DNA of 55,704 nucleotides, taken from assembly GCA_035502055.1 (NCBI GenBank), contig DATJVB010000019.1:1-55704 (forward strand), written 5' to 3'. Under the pieces are notes generated by a model that saw only the letters and a list, made by a program, of their open reading frames with translations, was not told the origin of the DNA and did no database searches. The stretch's first letter is position 1. Every line of letters begins with the position of its first letter. The position numbers and the translations under genes are program-made. The stretch comes from Thermoplasmata archaeon (GTDB lineage: Archaea > Thermoplasmatota > Thermoplasmata > Lutacidiplasmatales > UBA184). Below are positions 1 to 7,242 of this stretch, in pieces.

Positions 1-32
1 GCGCGCCGCCGTCGGCGCGCCCGCCGGTCGAG

Positions 33-39
33 ATTATAC
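33..39 (+). promoter_or_regulatory. Possible TATA-like element (ATTATAC) upstream of the first gene
   Basis: Only AT-rich patch in nt 1-97. It lies about 60 nt upstream of the ATG at 98, so it implies a roughly 35-nt leader or serves an off-window gene. Confidence 0.2.
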
Positions 40-97
40 GCGCGCGGGCCGATGGGGGGACGTCGCGGGGGCCGGGACCGCGGACGGGACGGATCCG

Positions 98-409
98 ATG
101 GCGTGCGCGCGATGCGGGAGCGAGATCCCGGCGGGAGCCGACGTCTGCCCGAAGTGCGGCTGGCGGCCGAGCGCCTCGACATCGGCGGATCGCCCGTTCG
201 AGGCGTCGGTCGATGCCCTCGCGGAGGACGCCGAACGGGCGGCCCGCGAGCTCGCGAAGGCGACCGCCCAGCTCGCGGCGCGCCTCGCGGCGGGCGCGGG
301 GCGGGCCGCCGACGACCCCCGCGGCGCGGTGAAGGCCGGGCTCAAGCGCGTCGGCCGGGAGCTCGACGCCGTCGCGAAGGACCTTGAAAAGCTCCTCAAG
401 GAAAAGTAG
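98..409 (+). CDS. Zinc-ribbon protein with helical C-terminal half (hypothetical)
   Basis: ATG ORF of 103 aa. N-terminal CxxC-x10-CxxC (CARCGSEIPAGADVCPKCG) is followed by Ala/Glu/Lys-rich amphipathic helices. TAG stop. Confidence 0.6.
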   Translation: MACARCGSEIPAGADVCPKCGWRPSASTSADRPFEASVDALAEDAERAARELAKATAQLAARLAAGAGRAADDPRGAVKAGLKRVGRELDAVAKDLEKLLKEK

Positions 410-416
410 GGCGGGC

Positions 417-776
417 TCAGAGCCCCAGGCTCGTCCCGAGCAGGCTGAACGCCCGGCGGCCGCGGTCCGAGGTAAAACGGATCGACGGCGGTTGGGGGCG
501 GTCCTCCTCGTTGCTCCGGCCCGAGAGGAGGGCCCGGACGAGCCGGCGCTGCTCCCACGCGACGATCACCGTCGGCGGCTCGATCGCGTCCGCCTGCACC
601 GAGACCGAGCCGTCGGCCGCGATGCGGAGGACGGCGCTCTCGGACTCGGTCTGGAACCGCCACGACTGGGGGAAGAGCTCCCCCGGGCCGGCGCCGGTCA
701 TCTCGTCCCGGTGCGCGGCGAGGCGGGCCTCGAGCTGCCGGGCCGCCGCCGCGAGCGCATCGGAAAGCTCGCCCAC
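417..776 (-). CDS. Hypothetical protein (possibly SCP2-like fold)
   Basis: GTG ORF of 119 aa with balanced composition. An AT-rich island sits 26 nt upstream. The fold guess is weak. Confidence 0.5.
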   Translation of the reverse strand: MGELSDALAAAARQLEARLAAHRDEMTGAGPGELFPQSWRFQTESESAVLRIAADGSVSVQADAIEPPTVIVAWEQRRLVRALLSGRSNEEDRPQPPSIRFTSDRGRRAFSLLGTSLGL

Positions 777-797
777 GCCGGTCGAAACGAGCGCGGG

Positions 798-807
798 CCC
801 TTAAGCC
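798..807 (-). promoter_or_regulatory. TATA-like island (GGCTTAAGGG on minus strand), leaderless geometry
   Basis: Centre lies about 26 nt upstream of the GTG at 776. The same CTTAAG core recurs at 53066-53076. Confidence 0.35.
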
Positions 808-841
808 GGGCGGGTCGGCGGGCGGACCGACGGCGGACGGC

Positions 842-1129
842 CTAGACGGCGACCTCGTAGACGGTGGCCGACGCGGAGCCCGGCGAACCGTCCGCGCGCG
901 CGTGGGCGTGCTGGAACGCCGGGCTCGCGACCCAGGCCTCGAACTCCTGCCGGGTCTCCCACCGGGTGAGCACCACGACCTCGCGCCCGTCCGCCTCGCG
1001 CCACACCTCGAGCCCTCGGAAGCCGGGCTGCCGGTCGACGGCGCCGAGACGGTGGCGGAACGCCTCGACGATCCGGTCCGCGTCGGACGGCGCGTCGACC
1101 CGGATCCGGTTCGTGACGACCCACGTCAT
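842..1129 (-). CDS. Antibiotic-biosynthesis-monooxygenase (ABM/IsdG-like) domain protein
   Basis: 95 aa. Typical ABM pattern: VTNRIRV...IVEAF...GFRGLEVW......VVLTRWETRQEFEAWVASPAFQHAH. Confidence 0.7.
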   Translation of the reverse strand: MTWVVTNRIRVDAPSDADRIVEAFRHRLGAVDRQPGFRGLEVWREADGREVVVLTRWETRQEFEAWVASPAFQHAHARADGSPGSASATVYEVAV

Positions 1130-1211
1130 GGGGGCGGCATCGCCCCGGGGAGATGAAGCCTCGCCGCGCCCGCCGGCGCCCGTCTCGGGCCCCCGACCGG
1201 GTCACGCCCGC

Positions 1212-3845
1212 CTAGTGCGGACGCATCGGTCCCGCGTCGGCGTCGTCGTCCGGCGTCTCGGAGTCGGTTTCCGACGCGGCCGTCGCCGACCGGGCCGCAC
1301 GCCGCCGCGCGTACACGGCGAGGCCGATCGCGATCCCCGCGGCGATCACGACGAACGCCCCGATCCACGGGAGCGTCGAGCCGGACACGAGCGACGGCGG
1401 CGGCGGGGTGGGGAGACCGCCGGTGCCCGCCGGCAGGACCGTCACGGCCGTCCAGGCGGTCACGGTGAGACCCGCGGCGTCGGTCGCGTTCACGCGCGCC
1501 TCGTACGACCCCGCGACGTCGTACACGTGGGAGACGGTGAGTCCGGTCGCCGTGCGCCCGTCGCCGAACGACCAGGCGACGGCGTACGGGCCGGTCCCGC
1601 CGTGGACGGTCGCGGTGATTGCCACGGTGCCGCCGAACGGAACCTCCAGCTTCGACACGTTCACCTGGACCGACGGGAGGACGTTCACCGTCACGTTCAC
1701 CCACGCCGTCGCGGAGACGCCGAGCTGGTCGAGCGCCGTGACGGAGACCGGGTACGCGCCGGCGAGCGCGTACGTATGGCTCGGCGCCGCGGCGCTGCTC
1801 GAGGAGCCGTCGCCGAACGTCCAGACGTAGTCGATCGTCCCGGACCCGTTCGTCGCGACGGACGTAAAGCCGATCGGGAGTCCGACGTCGGTCGACGTCA
1901 CGTTCGCGGCGCCGGTCACGCCGACCGGCGCGGCCACCGTCACCGACGTCGTACCGTTCGCGGAGATGCCGAGCGCGTCGACGACGGAGAGGGTGACGGG
2001 GTACGTCCCGGCCGCGGCGTACGCATGCTCGAAGGAGCTCGAACCGGCCATGGTGCCGTCGCCGAGGGACCATGCGAACGTGTACGGAGCGACGCCGCCC
2101 GAGACGCCCGGATCGAACGATTCGGTAAGACCGACCTCCGTCGACGCCGTCCCGAGCCGGATGGCGAGCGCGAGGTGCGGCGCGACGTCCTGACCGAGGT
2201 ACCCGATGATCTGGCCCCCGAGCGAGTCCGTCGCCGACACCGACACTGTGTACTCGCCCGGGGCGGCGTAGGTGTGGTTCACGGAGCGACCGGGGGTCGT
2301 CGTTCCGTCGTCGAACGCCCAGACGTACGCGTACGGCGGGGTCCCGCCCTGGGCCGTCGCCGTGAACGCGATCGGGACCGACACCTCCGACGCCTCGAGC
2401 GACGAGCTGGGCGATATGCCGCTCGGCCGCGGGTAGACCCGGATGTAGACGAGCGGGCTCATCGCCGAGAGGCCGGCGGCGTCGGTGACCGTCACCTGGG
2501 CGGAGTAGTTGCCGACGAGCCCGTACCGGTGGTTGGCGACCGCGCCCGAGCCGCTCGTGTTGTCGCCGAACGCCCAGCTGTACGAGTACGGGGGCGTCCC
2601 GTTGCCCGAGACCGTCGCCGTGAACTGGACCGGGGCGAGGAGCGCCACCTGGGTGCGGTTCGCGAGTCCGATCACGGAGGGGGTCACCCGCTCCCCGAGG
2701 ACCCACGTGTCGGAGGTCGCCCCCCCCGTCGCCGAGGAGTTGCCCCCGAAGACGACGAGCCCGTGCTCATCGGGATCGAACGTCGAGGCGGCGCCGGCCC
2801 GGGGCGTCGGGGCGGAGGAGAGGCTCAGGTTGCTCCACGTATCGTTCGCAAACCGCCAGGTGTCGTTGTAGAACGTCGCACCGGACCAGGTCGATCGCCC
2901 GCCGAACAGCGTGACCGCCCCGGAGAGCGGGTCGAACCCCGACGCGGGATAGTAGCGGGCGGGCGGGGACTCGGCCGGATGGAGGAGCGTCCACGCGCCG
3001 CTCGCGAACTCGTACGTGTCGAGGGAGCCGCCGACCCACGCCGCGAGGACGACCGTCGCGTCGGGAGCGTCGAAGGCGAGGCCGGCGCAGCAGAGACCGC
3101 TCGCGAGCCCCACGTTCACGCCGAGGTCGGTCCACGTCGCGTTCGCCAGCAGGTACGTCCCGCGCGCCGACGTGCCGTTGGCGTCGAGGCCGCCGACGAG
3201 GACGAGCGCGCTCGCGGCCGGGTCGTAGGCGACCGCCGCCGATGCGACCGCCGGGGGGCTTCCCGCGAGCGAGGCGCTGAGGTCCTCCCAGCTTCCGTCG
3301 GAGAAGAGCCACGTCGCCGTCGCCTCGACCGGTCCGGTCGGCGACGCCACCAGGCCGACCGCGAGCACGATCCCGCCGAGGTCGGGGTCGTACGCCATCG
3401 CGGGCCCGACGACCGCGGGCGGGCCGAACGCGGTCGTCACGTTCCGCCACGTCCCGTTCGCGAACTCCCAGGTATCGTTGAGCCAGCGCGACGCGCCGTC
3501 GCCCCACCCCCCGAACAGTACCGACAGGTTGTCCGCCGCGTCGAACTCGAGCGCCGCCCCGGTGCGGGGGCTCGGCGCGTCGCCCACGTGCGCGGAGATG
3601 TCGGTCCAGTACTCCGTCACCGTCTGCGGCGTCGCGGATGGGGCTCCCGCCGCGGTCCCCGGCACGACGGTCGTAAGGGGCGCGATCGAACGCGCGCCGT
3701 CGACAGCGGCGTCCCCGGCCGGCACGGAGGCCAGCCCCGGCGCGGCGGTAGGGAGGTGGGCGCCGACGCCGGGAACCAGGAACCCGAGCGCGAGCGCTAC
3801 GGCGATGGCGTTGGCGGGCCATCGCCCGGCAGATCCGACGGCCAA
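1212..3845 (-). CDS. Secreted, C-terminally anchored surface protein: six Kelch-like blades plus five PKD domains
   Basis: Trimmed from the 1,509-aa track ORF. The upstream part is antisense to the gltD-like gene. The first usable in-frame start before the signal peptide is TTG at 3843-3845, giving (M)AVGSAGRWPANAIAVALALGFLVPGVGA. Kelch signature DTWxFxxGxW occurs six times and WxFGDG PKD cores five times. The protein ends in a TM helix, RRR and an acidic tail. Confidence 0.85.
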   Translation of the reverse strand: MAVGSAGRWPANAIAVALALGFLVPGVGAHLPTAAPGLASVPAGDAAVDGARSIAPLTTVVPGTAAGAPSATPQTVTEYWTDISAHVGDAPSPRTGAALEFDAADNLSVLFGGWGDGASRWLNDTWEFANGTWRNVTTAFGPPAVVGPAMAYDPDLGGIVLAVGLVASPTGPVEATATWLFSDGSWEDLSASLAGSPPAVASAAVAYDPAASALVLVGGLDANGTSARGTYLLANATWTDLGVNVGLASGLCCAGLAFDAPDATVVLAAWVGGSLDTYEFASGAWTLLHPAESPPARYYPASGFDPLSGAVTLFGGRSTWSGATFYNDTWRFANDTWSNLSLSSAPTPRAGAASTFDPDEHGLVVFGGNSSATGGATSDTWVLGERVTPSVIGLANRTQVALLAPVQFTATVSGNGTPPYSYSWAFGDNTSGSGAVANHRYGLVGNYSAQVTVTDAAGLSAMSPLVYIRVYPRPSGISPSSSLEASEVSVPIAFTATAQGGTPPYAYVWAFDDGTTTPGRSVNHTYAAPGEYTVSVSATDSLGGQIIGYLGQDVAPHLALAIRLGTASTEVGLTESFDPGVSGGVAPYTFAWSLGDGTMAGSSSFEHAYAAAGTYPVTLSVVDALGISANGTTSVTVAAPVGVTGAANVTSTDVGLPIGFTSVATNGSGTIDYVWTFGDGSSSSAAAPSHTYALAGAYPVSVTALDQLGVSATAWVNVTVNVLPSVQVNVSKLEVPFGGTVAITATVHGGTGPYAVAWSFGDGRTATGLTVSHVYDVAGSYEARVNATDAAGLTVTAWTAVTVLPAGTGGLPTPPPPSLVSGSTLPWIGAFVVIAAGIAIGLAVYARRRAARSATAASETDSETPDDDADAGPMRPH
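1430..2687 (-). repeat. Five tandem PKD-type Ig domains (protein-level tandem repeat)
   Basis: Cores WAFGDNTSG, WAFDDGTTT, WSLGDGTMA, WTFGDGSSS and WSFGDGRTA are spaced about 84 aa apart. Boundaries are approximate. Confidence 0.75.
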
Positions 3846-3980
3846 GGGAGCTCTCCCCCGACGAGCGGCCCCGCTTACATGTAGTACGCGGGGCCTCCCC
3901 GGGGGTCCGCCCGCGACGACCCTATACCCGCGAGGGCGTATGGGGCCCCGTACCGGGGCCGCCGATCCCCGGCCGATCCG

Positions 3981-5417
3981 ATGGAGAACCAACGGTACGT
4001 CCGCACCGAGATCCCGGAGGAGACCCCGGAGGAACGGTCGAGCGGATTCGGCGAGATCCTGTACCCGTACACGCGCGAGCAGGCGGTGCTCGAGGCCCGT
4101 CGCTGCCTCCAGTGCGCGATGCCGTTCTGCGTCCAGGCGTGCCCGATCACCCAGGACTGCCGCGGCTACATCGACCTCATCGCGCAGGAGCGGTTCGACG
4201 ACGCCGCGCGGCTCACCCTCCGGGAGAACCCGCTCGCGACCGTCCTCTGCAAGACGTGCTACCACTACTGCGAGGAGGACTGCGTCATGGGCGGGCGGGG
4301 GGTCCCGATCGCGATCCGCCACCTCAAGCGCGCCGCGCTCGAGCTCGGCCGGTCCGACGTCGCGTACGCGCCGGGGGCCCCTCGGAACGAGCGGGTGGCG
4401 GTGATCGGCGGCGGACCGGCCGGCCTCATGGCGGCGTGGGAGCTCGCGCTGCGCGGCTACGGGGTGACGGTCTTCGAGGCGGAGCCGTTCCTCGGAGGGC
4501 AGATCGAGACGATCCCGAAGTACCATCTCGATGGGAGCGAGCTCTCGACGGACGTGGCCCGGTTCTCGAAGCTCGACGTCACCTTCCGGACGGGCCGAAA
4601 GGCCGGGACCGATTTCACGCCCGAAAGCCTCCTCGCCGAGGGGTACCTCGCCGTCTATGTGGCGGTCGGCGCGTCGGACCCCCGCCTCCTCGGCATCCCG
4701 GGCGAGGAGCTTCCGGGGGTCTACGCGGCCCTCCCGTTCCTCCTCGGGGTGAACCACGGGCCCGACGGGGGGTTGTTCGGCCGGAAGGGCCGGCGGATCG
4801 TGGTGATCGGCGGCGGCGACGTGGCGCTCGACGCCGCCCGGTCGAGCCTCCGGCTGTCGGCCCATGGGGACGTGACGGTGATCTACCGGAAGTCCCGGGA
4901 CCAGATGCCGGCCGGGCCGGAGGAGGTCGAGGGGGGATCGACCGAGGGGGTCAACTTCCTGTTCGAGCGGTCGCCGGTGCGGATCGTCGGGAAGGGCCAG
5001 GTCGAGGGGATCGTCGTCGCCCGGACCCAGAACGGGCCGCCCGACGCGCGCGGCCGGCCGACGGCCTCGCTCGTGCCGGGGTCGGAGGAGACGATCCCGT
5101 GCGACACGGTCATCGTCGCCGTCGGCGAGCGCGCCGATCTCTCGGAGTTCCCGCCCGAGCTCGGTTTCGTCATCGGGGGGTCCGGGGCCCCGCAGGGGCC
5201 GAGCCCCGACTGGATGACGAAGGTCGAGGGGGTGTTCGCCTCCGGCGGCAAGTCGGTCGTCTACGCGATGGCGGCCGGGACCCGGGCGGCGGAGGCGATC
5301 GAGGCGTACATCGCGAAGAAGAAGGGCCGGCCCCCGCGCGCGCGGCCCGACCCGTTCGGAGGTCCGGAGCCCCCGGGGCTCCCGCCGGGGTACGGCGGCC
5401 CCACCTGGCACTTCTGA
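3981..5417 (+). CDS. GltD/SudA/NfnB-family NAD(P)H-dependent FAD/Fe-S oxidoreductase (glutamate synthase small-chain-like)
   Basis: 478 aa. N-terminal Fe-S cysteines (CLQCAMPFCVQACP), two dinucleotide folds (VIGGGPAGL and VVIGGGDVALDAA) and a typical GltD C-terminus. Confidence 0.85.
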   Translation: MENQRYVRTEIPEETPEERSSGFGEILYPYTREQAVLEARRCLQCAMPFCVQACPITQDCRGYIDLIAQERFDDAARLTLRENPLATVLCKTCYHYCEEDCVMGGRGVPIAIRHLKRAALELGRSDVAYAPGAPRNERVAVIGGGPAGLMAAWELALRGYGVTVFEAEPFLGGQIETIPKYHLDGSELSTDVARFSKLDVTFRTGRKAGTDFTPESLLAEGYLAVYVAVGASDPRLLGIPGEELPGVYAALPFLLGVNHGPDGGLFGRKGRRIVVIGGGDVALDAARSSLRLSAHGDVTVIYRKSRDQMPAGPEEVEGGSTEGVNFLFERSPVRIVGKGQVEGIVVARTQNGPPDARGRPTASLVPGSEETIPCDTVIVAVGERADLSEFPPELGFVIGGSGAPQGPSPDWMTKVEGVFASGGKSVVYAMAAGTRAAEAIEAYIAKKKGRPPRARPDPFGGPEPPGLPPGYGGPTWHF

Positions 5418-5452
5418 CCCGCGTTGGCGGGTCGGATACCGTCTCGGCGCCC

Positions 5453-6004
5453 TTAGGCGCCGCCCGGTCCGAGCGGGGCCCCGCAGGTCTCGCACCGCGT
5501 CGCCGCGACGGGGCTGAGATGCCCGCAGTAGTCGCACTTCGGCATCTGCGACCGGTCGACCGCGGCGCCCCCTCCTCCGGGGCCGAACCCGGGAGGCGGC
5601 GGCGGGGCGTTCGCCCGGGCGGCGGTGATCGCCGTCGCGAACGCGGCCGCGTCCGGCGTCGCGAGGGCGATCCGCCGGGAGAGGAGTTCGATCTCGAGGA
5701 CCGGCCCGCGGGGTCCCTGCGTCGCCGCCGCGCTCCGGCACCGCCAGAGCGGGATGCGGAGCTCGCCGGGGAATCCGGGCCGACCGCCGCCGCCGCCGCG
5801 CGGCCCCCAGCCGGGGCGGCGACGGGGCGGTCCTCCGAACATCGGCCGGCCGGGGCGGGCCATCATCGGGCCGCCCCCGCCCTCCGCCTCGAAGACGATC
5901 GCCTGGTTCGTGACGGTGAGGCCGCCGGCCCGCTCCATCGGCGGTCCGACCCAGACCGCCGGCCCGCTTCGGAGGACCGCCTCGCCGGGAAGGAGGTTCG
6001 GCAT
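5453..6004 (-). CDS. PH/GRAM-like domain protein with Gly/Arg/Pro-rich insert and C-terminal zinc ribbon
   Basis: Trimmed to ATG at 6002-6004, the first start downstream of AT-rich island 6045-6054. 183 aa. C-terminal CDYCGHLSPVAATRCETCG. Confidence 0.55.
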   Translation of the reverse strand: MPNLLPGEAVLRSGPAVWVGPPMERAGGLTVTNQAIVFEAEGGGGPMMARPGRPMFGGPPRRRPGWGPRGGGGGRPGFPGELRIPLWRCRSAAATQGPRGPVLEIELLSRRIALATPDAAAFATAITAARANAPPPPPGFGPGGGGAAVDRSQMPKCDYCGHLSPVAATRCETCGAPLGPGGA

Positions 6005-6082
6005 CGCCGTCGTGCGCGCTCCGGGCCCGGCGGAGGCGAGCGGGAGAATAACGTCTGGGGCCGCCGACGGCCGGGCGAACGC

Positions 6083-6091
6083 CGATATAGG
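6083..6091 (+). promoter_or_regulatory. TATA-like island (CGATATAGG), leaderless geometry for the 6113 operon
   Basis: Centre lies 26 nt upstream of GTG 6113, in the divergent intergenic region shared with the 6004 gene. Confidence 0.4.
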
Positions 6092-6112
6092 TCGAGGCGC
6101 CTCCTCTCCGGC

Positions 6113-6328
6113 GTGACCCCGGCCGAGCGGGAGCTCCTCACGGGGATGGGCAACTGCTACGAGGCGTGCCACGCGACGTTCGAGGAGACCCTCGAGATGG
6201 TCGGCGGGAACCGGGGGCTGACGCCGGACGAGGTGCGCGCGCGGCTCGCGGCGATCCGCGCCCGATACGCGGACGAGCCCGAGTACCGGCGGCTGCGCGC
6301 CCGCCTCCCCGAGGAGTTCCCCTTCTAG
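6113..6328 (+). CDS. Small protein (71 aa) with CX3CH motif, hypothetical
   Basis: C-terminal real part of a 738-aa shadow ORF. GTG 6113 sits 26 nt after the TATA-like island; alternative ATG at 6146. Sequence ...GNCYEACHATFEETLEMVGG...EEFPF. Confidence 0.4.
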   Translation: MTPAERELLTGMGNCYEACHATFEETLEMVGGNRGLTPDEVRARLAAIRARYADEPEYRRLRARLPEEFPF

Positions 6329-6339
6329 GGGCGCGTCGC

Positions 6340-7242
6340 ATGACCCGGTGCGCCGTCTGTCGAATGGGGTTCGGCCCCGCGGACCTCGGGGCCGTGGCGG
6401 ACCACCTGCTGGCCGCGTCCGCCGCGAGCGACCCCGCGCACGTCCGGTGGCTCAACCAGTCGATCTCGCGCCGACGGATGGACCGCGCGGAACTTACCGC
6501 CGCACTCGGAGCCCTCTACGCGATTCCGCCGGACGGACTCGCCGCCTGGATCCGCGGCCGGTTCGTCGCCCGATTCTTCGGTGCGCGACCCCATCCGTTC
6601 GTCGTCGCGCTCCAGCACCCCACGCCGGCGACGCTCGCGGGGTACGCGGTGGAGCACCAGCACTTCCTGCGTCAGTGGGTCCGCTCGTGCGGGTACGTCC
6701 TCGCCCGCTCGGACCGGGACGACGTCGCGCGGTACGAGCTCGAGAACCTCACGACCGAGTTCTCGGGCGCCGGCGACGACCACCCGTCGCACTACGAGCT
6801 CCTCCTCCGGATGGGCGAGTCCGTGGGGGTCCCCCGCGACGTCCTGCGGGCGACCCCGCCGCTCCCGGCGACGGCGCGGGCGATCGCGGAGTGGGACGAC
6901 ATCGCCGCGCGGGAGCCGTGGGTCGCCGCCATGGCCGCGATGCACGCGCTCGAGCTCATCGCCCACCGCGATCTCGCCCCGTTCGGCGCGACGGTCCACT
7001 ACTTCGACCCCGCCATTCTCGACGACGAATCGATCCCGGCCGCCGCGCGCGCGTTCCTCCGCGAGGGGTACGAGGCGGACGTCGGCCACGCGGAGGAGGC
7101 GCTCGCCCTGGTGGAGCGGTACGCGACCGAATTGGGCCGGGTCGAGGACGTGCAGGCGGTCTTCCTCCGTTCGATGGACCTGTTCGACGACTACCTGGGA
7201 GCCCGGCTCGAGCGGGCGGAGCAGTATGGACCCGCCGGCTGA
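6340..7242 (+). CDS. Heme-oxygenase-like fold iron-containing redox enzyme (PqqC/CADD/TenA-like) with N-terminal Cys-pair extension
   Basis: ATG 6340, 300 aa. Helical core carries candidate metal ligands AVEHQH, ELENLTTE, HPSHYELLL, MHALELIAH and REGYEADVGHAEE. The N-terminus is MTRCAVCRMGF. Confidence 0.7.
   Translation: MTRCAVCRMGFGPADLGAVADHLLAASAASDPAHVRWLNQSISRRRMDRAELTAALGALYAIPPDGLAAWIRGRFVARFFGARPHPFVVALQHPTPATLAGYAVEHQHFLRQWVRSCGYVLARSDRDDVARYELENLTTEFSGAGDDHPSHYELLLRMGESVGVPRDVLRATPPLPATARAIAEWDDIAAREPWVAAMAAMHALELIAHRDLAPFGATVHYFDPAILDDESIPAAARAFLREGYEADVGHAEEALALVERYATELGRVEDVQAVFLRSMDLFDDYLGARLERAEQYGPAG

Noticed and set aside
864-3884. 1,006-aa plus-strand ORF, and the 526-aa and 351-aa minus-frame ORFs, overlapping the Kelch/PKD gene
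   Set aside because: Composition is dominated by Arg/Gly/Pro/Asp/Glu with no hydrophobic cores or recognisable motifs. The overlapping minus-strand frame encodes clear Kelch and PKD domains. These are typical GC-rich shadow ORFs.
3846-5741. N-terminal 630 aa of the 1,509-aa track ORF (1212-5741, minus strand)
   Set aside because: This part is antisense to the well-supported GltD-family gene (3981-5417) and is Arg/Pro/Gly-rich. The real surface protein begins with a signal peptide at the TTG at 3843-3845.
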